From positions 1-64,000 of the IMG/VR virus record IMGVR_UViG_3300042557_000330: 64,000 nucleotides of DNA; one strand, 5' to 3'. Positions within the stretch are counted from its first letter, which is position 1. Every line of letters starts with the position of its first letter. The notes under the pieces were generated by a model, which was given only the letters and a program-made list of their open reading frames with translations, was not told where the DNA came from and did not search any database. Position numbers and translations under genes: made by a program. Shown here in pieces: positions 17,493 through 28,300 of the stretch. Origin of the DNA: a virus.

Positions 17493-20400
17493 TTATCTTA
17501 TACCGTAATTGGATTGAACTTTTATACCAAGGTCTTTGGCAAGTTCTGGATAGAACATTGGAAGATATCCTACCATCTGATTTGAAAAAGGAAATGTCTT
17601 CAACAAGTATTTAATTACATATGTTTTATCAGCAAGTTCTTCATCTCCTGTACCTAATGCCCACATCTCTTTACGGAAGTTACCAACTAGTTTAGCAAAA
17701 TTAGTTATAAGTGATGCAGATGGGAAAAACCCTTGTGATATAAGATCAATACCACTAGTAGGATCATAGAAATACATAAGCTCTCCTTTGAACTTATCTG
17801 CAGCTTTCATATAGAATTTATATTGATTTTTAACTAATGCACTCTCATCATCATCTGGCTCATTAGCTTTTAGTGCAGCAATTAATACAAATACTGTTGC
17901 TAAGAATACAACATCTACTAATTGAGATTTAATATTTTGTCTAGCAAGATCTATGAATTCAGCCTCAGTCATTTCAAGTGTTTTACCTGTATCAGCTTCG
18001 TATTCATTTTTCTTTTTTTCAAACATCCTAACTAAATATTCAACTCCTTTTTCATTACCTGTCAAAGAATTGTACAACTTACCTAGTCCTGAAACAGGAT
18101 TTGTAATACTAAATTCATCTGTTAACACTTTAAATACCATTCTTGTTCTTCCCCATTCATATGCATCAGACGCAGAATTATATTTTAAGTTACCCATACG
18201 TACATCAACAAGTCTAGGAATCCAGTTTTTGAATACCATGAATGATTTTCCATATACACTCATGTTAATCATTCTAACATCATCTTCAGATAAGTTACCT
18301 AATGCATCTTTAGATACTTGTTGAACTTTTCTTCTAAGTTCTACAACAGAATCAGATTTTTGATCTACTCCAGGGATTACAAATTTACCATCAATAACCT
18401 CACCAACTTTTAACACTCCTTTTTCTTCTACAAGTCTTTTCACTTCTTGATCAAACCTATCTTCATATGCTTTTCTATCTGCTACAGATCCTTTGTATTT
18501 CTCTTGATATTCAGGGAGAGTTCTTAGATATTCTCTAGCATTAACCACTTTACCATCTTGTACAATTGAGTTTTTAAGGAATGCATAGAAGTTAGATGTT
18601 TGCACATTTAAATCTGTTTGTCTCATCAAGATCATTAAGAAATCTTGTATACTCTCTTGTGTTAATCCATTCAATGAAAGTTTTTTAGCTATCTCTCTAT
18701 TATAATTATCTGTTAATGGTAAGAAGTACTCTAAGGCACCAATCATTTTCTTTTGATCTGTACCACCAAACTTATTCATAAATATCATCATCTCTGCAGC
18801 TAAGTAATCTTTCTTAGTAAAATACTTACCTGAGTTGATTAATGATTGAGCATTACCACCAAAGAAGTTGGAAGATGCAGATAATAAATTAAGTCCTAAT
18901 GTTGTTATTTGAAAAGTGTTATTTAACTGGTTGATAAATTTATTTACACTTAACTGTCTATCAGACAATCCTTCTGGAAATACATTTACACCAAGTTTTT
19001 TATTTAATGTTTCTCCCCAGTTTCCTAGTTTAAATAAAAGTTGATCAAACATCTGACTATCTACAAACTTCTGTCCATAGATAATTGCTTTCATCATATC
19101 TTCTACAAGTTGAGAATTATCTCCTTTGGTTTCTGAATATTGTAACACTCCATCTTTGTAAACTGTTTTACCAAACATAGAAGTGGATATAGATTTTTTA
19201 TTTTTCTCAACAGCAACAACAGCATTCACTTGATCTTCTATCTCACTTAAATATTTATATCTAATAGCTGCTTCATTATACATTGCCATAGTTCTAAATA
19301 AATCAGTAGATGTTTCTTGTTCTAAAGGTCTAGTGAAATATTTAGGTATCTTGTTAACCACTTTTCCTGTATCAGGATCTACTTCTCCGTATCCTATATC
19401 ACCTTCATCTACAGATATATCAGTAAAGAACTGTTGACCTAATTTAATTTGACCTCCTGTAACAAGTTTCTCTACTAGATTCTTTCTTACAAATGGAAGA
19501 AATGTTCTAGCAAATTGTTTGCTAATATAACCAAGATCTGCATACTCATTGTTCTTTCTAATAATATAATCGTAGAAATCTTTAGCAGGAGCATTCTCTG
19601 GTTTATTTAACTCTTTCCATTCTTGAGAAGTCCATTTATCTTTCTTAGGAAACTTCTTCACCTCATCATAAATAAACCAACCTGCAGATGTAGTGGTGCT
19701 AGTATTATATAAGTTTCTAGCTCTATATATTTCTACCATCACTTCATTAGGAAGTTTACCATTAGATAATGCTTCTGCTTCTTCAGAAGTTAATAGTCTT
19801 GGTTTATTTTTAATTCTTTCTATCTCCTCTTCAAGTTTTTCTTTTAAATGTTCATTGTATGCAGCAACATCAATGTTCTCTCTAATCCAAGAACTGTCTC
19901 TATCATCAGGAGCATTCTTTAACTCTTCTTTAATTTTAGCTTTTACATCAGTGTAAAACTCTGGATTGTACTCATCTATAAGTTCATTAGAATCTTTCTT
20001 CTTAATAATATCAAAGTAGTTTTTATAAGATAATCCTTTTCTCTTAGCCCATGCTTCAAATTTATCTTTTAATTCGTCAAGAGTTTTACTTTCAGCTAAT
20101 GTATCCATACCAGAATAAGCAAACGCTCTGTTGGCTTTTTTATACAAGAACTGAACAGCTTTGCTTTGTAATGTAGCTGTAGAAGAAAACAATTTACTAA
20201 GTCCTTTAATTACCTTCTCGGGAGCTAAGAAATTATCTATATCTTCTCTCTTAGCAATTATATTCTCTGTGAATTCTTCTAAGATTGTTTCTAGTTCATT
20301 CTCTAAGTCTTTAGCATTCTCAGAAGTTCTTCTTAATTCTTTTTTAAGTTTCTCATCCTCTTCACTTTCTGTCAATAATCCTTTTAGTTCAGAATAAAGA

Positions 20401-22379
20401 TCTGTATATATACTAACAGAAAACTGTGCATCAGCAATTTCTTTAGCAAAATCATTCACTTCTTTTTCACTTAATGCTTTAGCATCTTGATCTTTGAAGT
20501 TGTTTTCATAGTTATTAATTAACTTATCAATTTGTTTGTTTAACAACTGAGATTGTCTAACTAATGGTTGAATGTTTTCTTTAACTTGTAATTGTCTAAT
20601 AGCATGGAATAATGAATTAAGTAATTCATCTTTATTAAGTTTCTCAGATTCAACAACTTTCTTATCAGAAATCTTTTTGTATAGTTTATTAAGTTCTCCT
20701 AATAACTCATCTATCTTTCTCTTACCTGTCTTCTCACCTTTAAGTGGAACAGGAAGTAAGTAATCATCTTTAATGTTCTTAACGTTTACATCTCCTATCT
20801 TAATGTTAAGTAGAACAGGAAGAATGTTTTCTTTTGGATTACCTTTTGAATACAAAGCTTTGATAGGGATCATTCTTGTTTGTTTGAACTTCTCACCTTT
20901 TATACCATAAGCATTTTGTAAAATACCTTTATATTGTTCCATCTGCATATTCCATGCAGTGTTTTTATACCAAGGAACATCTGTATATTTATCTGTATCA
21001 AGATCCATAAACTTCCAGTCAAGAATATTTACATCACCATTTGGAGCAATAGCCAAGAAGTCTACAGTACCAGCAATGTTTGCTTTAGGATTATAGATAG
21101 TAGCTTCAGACATGAATCTAGTTCCTTTAGGGAAAGAGTTAAGACGTTCTTTAAGATTGTCTCTTAACATCTCATACATCTGTCTATTGTTAGGATTGAT
21201 TCTAGATTGATATCCAGTATCATCTAATGGTGTATCTCTTAAGTATCCATTCTCATCTACAAATAATTCAAACGCATATTCAAGATCAGCATGTCCTGCT
21301 GTACCTTTTTCAGCTTTTAAATCAAATACAGACTTCTGATATTCTGTTTTATTTATATCTCCATCACGGAAGATTCTTTCATACCATTGAGCTATCTTAT
21401 CAGAAACTCTAGGAATAGTTTTACCATTAATCTTATACCCACCTTCTTTAGGCTTCTCTATACTATCTGATACTTCTTTGATTCTGTTTATTACAGCTTC
21501 TTGAGGATCTAATTGCAAGAAGGCCATACCTTCTTGTTCATTAATATCTTCTGCAGTACCAATGATTTTACCAGTTAGAATATCCATAGACAACTGATCA
21601 AATCCTGATGTAGTGAATAAGTTTTTAAAGAAGTCAACAATACTATCCCACCAACTTTGCACCTTAGCAATGTTCTCTGGTTTTTCTGTAGATCCTTCAT
21701 TGTTCTTAATGATTGTCTCAGCTAACACTTTAGCAATAGCTTCTTCTTTAAGTTTTATTACATCAGGTTTACCATCTATCTGATACATAGGGTTTTGTCC
21801 ATATGTAGCAAATACATCATTAAGAATATCATATTTATTAATCTCACCCATTAACTTTTTGTATAGAGTAGGATTAGTTTGTTTAATGATTGCTACAGCA
21901 AAGTGCATAGCTTCTTCAGGAAGAGATTGGGCTTCTTTACCTTCTACAACTTGAATAAGTTTTTGCGAAAGTAATGCAACACCAGCAGCATCTTGTTTAA
22001 TACCATCAACTACAACATTCTTTAGTGTTTTAACATCTACACCAATACGTGCAAGAAAGTCATTAACCATGGCTACTGTTTTAGGAGAAGCAGTAGAAGG
22101 TATAGGACCATCACTTAATTGATAAAAGATTCCTTTAGCATTATCTATTTGTTTAAATAATGTTTTGTTAGGAACAGCTTTACCATTCTCTTCATAAAAC
22201 AATTTACCTTTTGTTCCATACTTATCTGCAGCAACAGCAGATAATTCATTGTTACTCTTTACAAATTTATTGTAATCAGTTATTTTAAGAAATTGATCAA
22301 TAATACCACGAGTTCTCAACCAAGCTTTGGTTGAGGCCTCTGAGGTTTTAAATTTTTTCTTATCATTGCAATTTGCCAT
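17493..22379 (-). CDS. Large putative ejected cargo protein of the RNAP block with degenerate zincin (EEAMH) and PD-(D/E)xK nuclease domains
   Basis: LPEEAMHFAV; GTAGH..E...SE..I......IAGTVDFL.......ILDWKF...QMEQY; directly follows the RNAP gene. Confidence 0.75.
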   Translation of the reverse strand: MANCNDKKKFKTSEASTKAWLRTRGIIDQFLKITDYNKFVKSNNELSAVAADKYGTKGKLFYEENGKAVPNKTLFKQIDNAKGIFYQLSDGPIPSTASPKTVAMVNDFLARIGVDVKTLKNVVVDGIKQDAAGVALLSQKLIQVVEGKEAQSLPEEAMHFAVAIIKQTNPTLYKKLMGEINKYDILNDVFATYGQNPMYQIDGKPDVIKLKEEAIAKVLAETIIKNNEGSTEKPENIAKVQSWWDSIVDFFKNLFTTSGFDQLSMDILTGKIIGTAEDINEQEGMAFLQLDPQEAVINRIKEVSDSIEKPKEGGYKINGKTIPRVSDKIAQWYERIFRDGDINKTEYQKSVFDLKAEKGTAGHADLEYAFELFVDENGYLRDTPLDDTGYQSRINPNNRQMYEMLRDNLKERLNSFPKGTRFMSEATIYNPKANIAGTVDFLAIAPNGDVNILDWKFMDLDTDKYTDVPWYKNTAWNMQMEQYKGILQNAYGIKGEKFKQTRMIPIKALYSKGNPKENILPVLLNIKIGDVNVKNIKDDYLLPVPLKGEKTGKRKIDELLGELNKLYKKISDKKVVESEKLNKDELLNSLFHAIRQLQVKENIQPLVRQSQLLNKQIDKLINNYENNFKDQDAKALSEKEVNDFAKEIADAQFSVSIYTDLYSELKGLLTESEEDEKLKKELRRTSENAKDLENELETILEEFTENIIAKREDIDNFLAPEKVIKGLSKLFSSTATLQSKAVQFLYKKANRAFAYSGMDTLAESKTLDELKDKFEAWAKRKGLSYKNYFDIIKKKDSNELIDEYNPEFYTDVKAKIKEELKNAPDDRDSSWIRENIDVAAYNEHLKEKLEEEIERIKNKPRLLTSEEAEALSNGKLPNEVMVEIYRARNLYNTSTTTSAGWFIYDEVKKFPKKDKWTSQEWKELNKPENAPAKDFYDYIIRKNNEYADLGYISKQFARTFLPFVRKNLVEKLVTGGQIKLGQQFFTDISVDEGDIGYGEVDPDTGKVVNKIPKYFTRPLEQETSTDLFRTMAMYNEAAIRYKYLSEIEDQVNAVVAVEKNKKSISTSMFGKTVYKDGVLQYSETKGDNSQLVEDMMKAIIYGQKFVDSQMFDQLLFKLGNWGETLNKKLGVNVFPEGLSDRQLSVNKFINQLNNTFQITTLGLNLLSASSNFFGGNAQSLINSGKYFTKKDYLAAEMMIFMNKFGGTDQKKMIGALEYFLPLTDNYNREIAKKLSLNGLTQESIQDFLMILMRQTDLNVQTSNFYAFLKNSIVQDGKVVNAREYLRTLPEYQEKYKGSVADRKAYEDRFDQEVKRLVEEKGVLKVGEVIDGKFVIPGVDQKSDSVVELRRKVQQVSKDALGNLSEDDVRMINMSVYGKSFMVFKNWIPRLVDVRMGNLKYNSASDAYEWGRTRMVFKVLTDEFSITNPVSGLGKLYNSLTGNEKGVEYLVRMFEKKKNEYEADTGKTLEMTEAEFIDLARQNIKSQLVDVVFLATVFVLIAALKANEPDDDESALVKNQYKFYMKAADKFKGELMYFYDPTSGIDLISQGFFPSASLITNFAKLVGNFRKEMWALGTGDEELADKTYVIKYLLKTFPFSNQMVGYLPMFYPELAKDLGIKVQSNYGIR

Positions 22380-22389
22380 GGGTTATATA

Positions 22390-25300
22390 TTAAAATGGTA
22401 CACAAGAATCATCGTTGTTTTCTTCTTTCCAAGAATCATCTTCTTGTTCAAAAAGATCTAATTGTTCTCCTGGTTGTTCTACTTGCTCAGGTCTAAGTTC
22501 TTCTCTTACTTCCATAAGTAATCTTGGGAACTCAGTACCCCACTTACCCTTATCTTGTGTATGAGTAAGGGTAGCATTACCTGTAGCTAATAGTTTTTGA
22601 AGAGCTGTTGGATTTTGTTCAAAAGAATTTTTTAACAAAGCTTTCATTATTTCTGAATTATTGTTATTCCAATCTTTTATTTCTAATCCTTCAATAGTTT
22701 GACCTAATTGTTTAGCTTGACTACCTGTACTTTTTGAAAATTTATTTAATAAATTTATTTTTTCTTCATTAGAATATTTTTCTGAATAAAATATTTTATA
22801 AGCTTGATATGCACCTTCTACTGTATTAAATACTAATACATTTCCAGTTATATCTTTATAAAGTTCTGATAAATCACCATCTTCTTTAAAAGGTCTATTA
22901 GCAAAGTTGCTTAACTCAGCATTCTCTCCTGTACCTGCATAGATATTTATTTTTTCTCCACTGAATGTCTGTGTAGGTTCAGCTATAACTTCTGTAGGTA
23001 AAGATACAACTTCTTCTTTAGGTGTAATCACTTCAAACTCAATAGCAGCAGCACCATCTTTAAATCTATCTATAACATTTACATCTTCAGCTCTCCATCC
23101 TTCTTTAGCCCATGTACCTTTCCAACCTTCAGACCCTTTAGGATGAATAGCAGTCACTCTAGCATTTATAGTTTTAGTAGTTCCATCTGCAGATTTACCA
23201 AAGTTTTGTATAACATCACCTACATTAACTGAATATTTCTTCATTTCAGAATCACTTCTTGTAGTTCTTGTTCTTACGCCTGCTTCAATCATATCTATAC
23301 TATGAGGATTTGGACCTAGAAGTTCAATAGCTTCATCATTTGCACTGACTAAAGAACCATATGATTCAACTCCAGACACTTTGTTTTGAGGAACACTTGC
23401 TACAACTTGATTACTTGTAGATTCAACCACTTCTTCTGTTGGTAAAGATACAACATCTTCTGTAATATTCCCATCGAAGTATCCAATAATTTTTGCATCA
23501 GAAAGCTCTTGATCTATTTTAATTGTACCGTTGTTAAGAACAGAAGGTCTTCCATCTAAATAGTATTCAGAAACTATATTACCATCACCAAGTAAGTTAA
23601 CTAGTTTGTATACATATCTACCTTCAAAGTTTAATAATGGTTGACCATTTGAGTATTTAACTTTCTGATATCCATAGTAATCTGTTAGAGAAGTGTTACC
23701 TTGCATTCTCATAGCTTTCATAGCTTGTGAACTAATAGTTTTACCAGTGATAAGATCTACGTTCTCACCTTTTTTGTTTACAAACACTCTAGGCACTTTA
23801 ACAAAATCACTGTTTGCTCCATTACCCATATCAAACATAGGACTTAATGTCAAGACTAATCTTTTGTTTTCAGCATCATCAAATTTAGTTTCAAACATTT
23901 CAGTTTGATATTGATATACATCATTACCAAAAGGATCTTCTCCTAATATAATTTCAATCTCTTCAAAATTTTCATCTCTTGGAAATGTAAATCTAGGAGT
24001 AATTGTAGGAACTATCTGTTCATCCTTAAAATTATTCTTTTGGAACATTCCTCCATTAGCAAAATATTCTGTATCAGCATTATCAATCAATCCATCTATA
24101 ATAGGTTTAATCTCTTTAGAATAATCTTCTAAAGGAATAATGTTATTGATTGATAACGGAGACTGATAAGTACCTTGTAGAAGAGCCACCTTAACAATGT
24201 TGTTATACAACTCAGGATCTAACTCTCTTAACTCTCTCATCATCTCTACATACAAGTTCTCATCATATGCTTCTTTCAAGTTCACTTTAAGTTTGATAGT
24301 TTGTGCACCATCAACTTTCTTAGATGATTCTGGAACAAGATCTTGTAACAATTTCATTCCAGGATACTTCACCTTAGCTTTTGCTAATTGCTCAGCAATA
24401 GAATTATCTCCTGTAGTTAGTTCTAATATTCTAGAGTTAAGTCCTGATTTAGTTTGTATAATGAAATCAAGGAACGATGCTTTAGCTTTACTAGCAATCT
24501 TAGAGAAATCATCATCACCTATAAAGTCTTGTTTCTCAAATGAGTTCAATACTTTATTAGTTATATCTACAAATCTTTCTTGTTCAAGTTTAACAATTGA
24601 ACCAACAGCTTTCATTGCTAAGTCTATTAATCTTTTTTGATTACCAATTGAGCTTGAATCTAATAATTCATCTATAGAAGTGAATATATTTAAATCTCTT
24701 GCTATATCTGTTTTAGTTGACTTTCTATTAAATACATCAGAGTTTTTAAACTTAGTTGTATCATAGTTTGTAGCTTGTGTAAACTTAAAGCTGTATTCAG
24801 CCATCTTAGAATACTTCAAGAAATCTGTAAGGATTGCTCCTTGTTCTCTATTCTGTACCTCACTCAACATTTTATTTTTGTTATTGGCATAAGTTTCAAT
24901 GTTAGATTTTAATGAATCTACATTATACACTTCTTCTTTTGCATACTTACTTCCCACTTTAGAAAGACCAAACTTAGCTCTTGTAGCATTGATGTTTTTT
25001 GTATTGTATAAGAACTTACTCCCTTTAGATTCAAGAGAACTAAGGTATTCCATAACAATTGGTTGGTTCATAAACCATATTGCATTTTGACCAGCACCAA
25101 TTCTTTCTAAGAACATGAACGTACTAATAGCAGAATCAGATTTAACAATCTTCATGATGTATGGATCTTTTGCAATATCCACAACAGAAGTTGCGTATCC
25201 AGAAAGTCTATTAGAAATAAACTTATCAGATCCATCTGCTGTCTTAGTTCCAGAAAGAGATGTATATTCTTTACCATCAATATTAGTTGTATTGTGTGGT

Positions 25301-28300
25301 AGATTAATTTTACGATCTCCTAAGAAGAAACGATCTGCATCAGGAAGAAAGTTAGCCACCTTATCAATGTCCATTACTAATTTCATTCTTTGTGCAAGAG
25401 CGTGTCCTGTAATGTTTACTGCAGCAATACCAATCCATCTCTTACCAGTAAGGAATGCATGTCTTAGTCTTGTTAAATAGTTTCTATTGATGATTCTATT
25501 TTTAATCTTCTCATCTGTATTATTTCTCATTCTATCTAACTCAATAGATATATCTTTTAATCCAGCATCATCAACAGGCGTAATTAAGTTTTGAAAGTTA
25601 CCAGGAAGCGTGATAAGTTTTTCAAATGCATCAAAGTATCTATTCTCAAGAGCTTTCTTGTACATGTTCTTAACATACTTATCTTTCATCTCTTTATTAA
25701 GTAACTCAGAATTAAGTCTTTCTGTTTTCTTAGCAAGAGCATCTATTTGATTAGTCATATACTCAGAAGGTAATACATCTAATCCATCAGCTTGAGAGAT
25801 TATTTCATTAATAATGTCCTCATGATTTTTATAGAACAATCTTTGTTCTTTAGATACTACAATGTCTGTTTGTTCAAACGCATTTAATACATCAAGTAAC
25901 TGAGCTCTGAACTCATCATTGTTAGAAATTTTCTCAATGCTTTTCTTGATTGTACCATCATACACTTTACCATAGAAGTCTTTAGTAGCTTTCTCAGATC
26001 CTTTGTAATCAACTGCATGAAGTCTTCCATTCTCATCTACATATACTGATTTAAGATACATGTTAAGTTTATCAATATCAAAGTCAGATCCTGCTTGAGA
26101 TGTAATCTCTGAAGGAACAATAACAGTTTTACCCATATAGTCTGGTAAGAACCCTACCACTCTAATAGCATTCATAGAAGACATAGATTGTGTAGGGATA
26201 CGGAAAGCAATACCTCTTAGAATTCCTTGGTTCTCAGGTCTGTTTAATTCTCTAATAAGATCTGCATTATTTTTAAATTTACCTTTAAGTGATTTCTTCA
26301 TCCAGTTAGGAAGCATCACCTCTAAGTAAGGATCTTCTTTTGTAGGGAAGTGAAGTCTATCACTAGTAAGAACCACTTTACTTTTTTGATCTGCTGGCAA
26401 AGCTTCAAATTCTTCTTTAGATAGTTTTCTATATCCATCTTTTTCTTTTATAGCAATACCTCTTCCTTGCTCAGCACTCTCCCATCCTGTTACAGCAGCT
26501 TGTGTATATCCTCCTCCATTCATTTTAGGAGACACCAATGATTTGTTAATCATTGAATAGATGATATCTTTAATCTGTTTGTATGCAGGAGAAGATTCAT
26601 ATGGAATTCTTTGTTGACCATTTTCATCTAACTGAATAGTTTCTTTGGCATTGTTTGAAAGCTTTCTTCTAAACATTTCATTCTCAAGAGTCTTAGCTAT
26701 GATTGATGGATCTAACAATTCAAATTGTCCAACACCAAGATCTTCTACACCAAACTTAGATAAAAGTTCTACATATGCATTATCATCAAGATCTTTAAGA
26801 GCTTTGTTGTATTCTTCAAATGCTTCTTTAGCTCCTTCAATAGTTTCTTCACCATTGTCAAACATATCCATAGTAACAATCTTAGTAGGTTGAGAACCTC
26901 TAGTTTGTTCAGTTCCTCCTTCATATGCAGTTTCAACTTGAATACCATTAATACTCCAAGGTACTAGCACTTGAGTATCTGGAGCAAATGGAGCATCATT
27001 GAATGAACCATCTTGATTATAAAGACTGTGTGTTTTTTCAATACCAACCTTTCTACCACTTTCCATGATAACATAGTCAATCTTCTCGTTAAACATTTTA
27101 ATATACAACTTCTCAAGGTTAGTACCTTGTACAGCACTATAATATAAAGGCATTTGAGATGTTTTATCTAATACAAGCTTAATCTGGTTTTCATTAAACT
27201 GACTACCAGATACAATTGGTTTAGTAATATCAATTACATATTCAGGTTCTTCTTCTAATAATCTTTTCTCATCAGAAGCTTTTAACTGTTTGTTAGTATA
27301 CTTATACACTCCTTTGTTAGATAGAGCATATCTAGTTAAAGCCATTTGCCATTGGTGCCAAGCTTCAGCATTTTCAGACCACTGTCCATTTTTATTCTTA
27401 ACTTCTCTATAAGCTACATCTGACATCAATGAGATTGCATCAGCTTCATTAACACCTGTATAGTTGTCTGTATCAAGCTCAACATCTTTTAATGTTACTG
27501 TAGTAGCATAATCTTTATTATCATGATATCCATAATCTTCTGGAGTTAGTTGTATACCATCCACTTCATTTTGACTATTCAAGAATGTATTATATTCAGC
27601 ACTGTTGAACGTAGTTCTTCTTGGAGAATAGAATGATTTATATCTTTTTGTCGCATCTAACTGTCCATTTTTAATTTTGAACTGATATGGATCACCAAAT
27701 AATATTTTGTGAAACTCAATGTTATTGATATAGTTGTTTGCATTTACAAACATCAATGTATTATTAAGTTGAGTCTCAGTCATCTTTAACTTATTGATTC
27801 CTTCTTTCATAACAAAACCACTATCAAGTCCAGCATATGAATACATATTTTCTGCATCATTACTTTTCTTAACTGCAGATACTATCTCACCATAATTAAG
27901 AAGTATATCTCTTGTACCATTAACAAGATCTTGTAGAGTTTTATCTATAGCTGTATTAATAGCATCAATGTTCTTAGAAATATAATCTTCAAACTCAGCG
28001 TCTGTTGCAGCTGCATCATCTATCATTATATTAAGTTCTTCTAATTGCTTAGGAGCATAGTCTTCTAATATCTCTTTAAAGAAACGTAATTCTTTAGCTT
28101 TAGCTCCAACGTTCTCAAGAGATCTTCTACTCTTCCAATCACGAGCTAATGCAATATCATCATCTAAATATCCTCTAAAGATTTCATGTATCTCATCCAT
28201 AGCTCTACCACCTACAACATTTGTATATGATATATAGTTACCAAGGTTCATCATCCATTCTGTAGATCCATCTGCAGGGATAAGTATATAATAATCTCCA

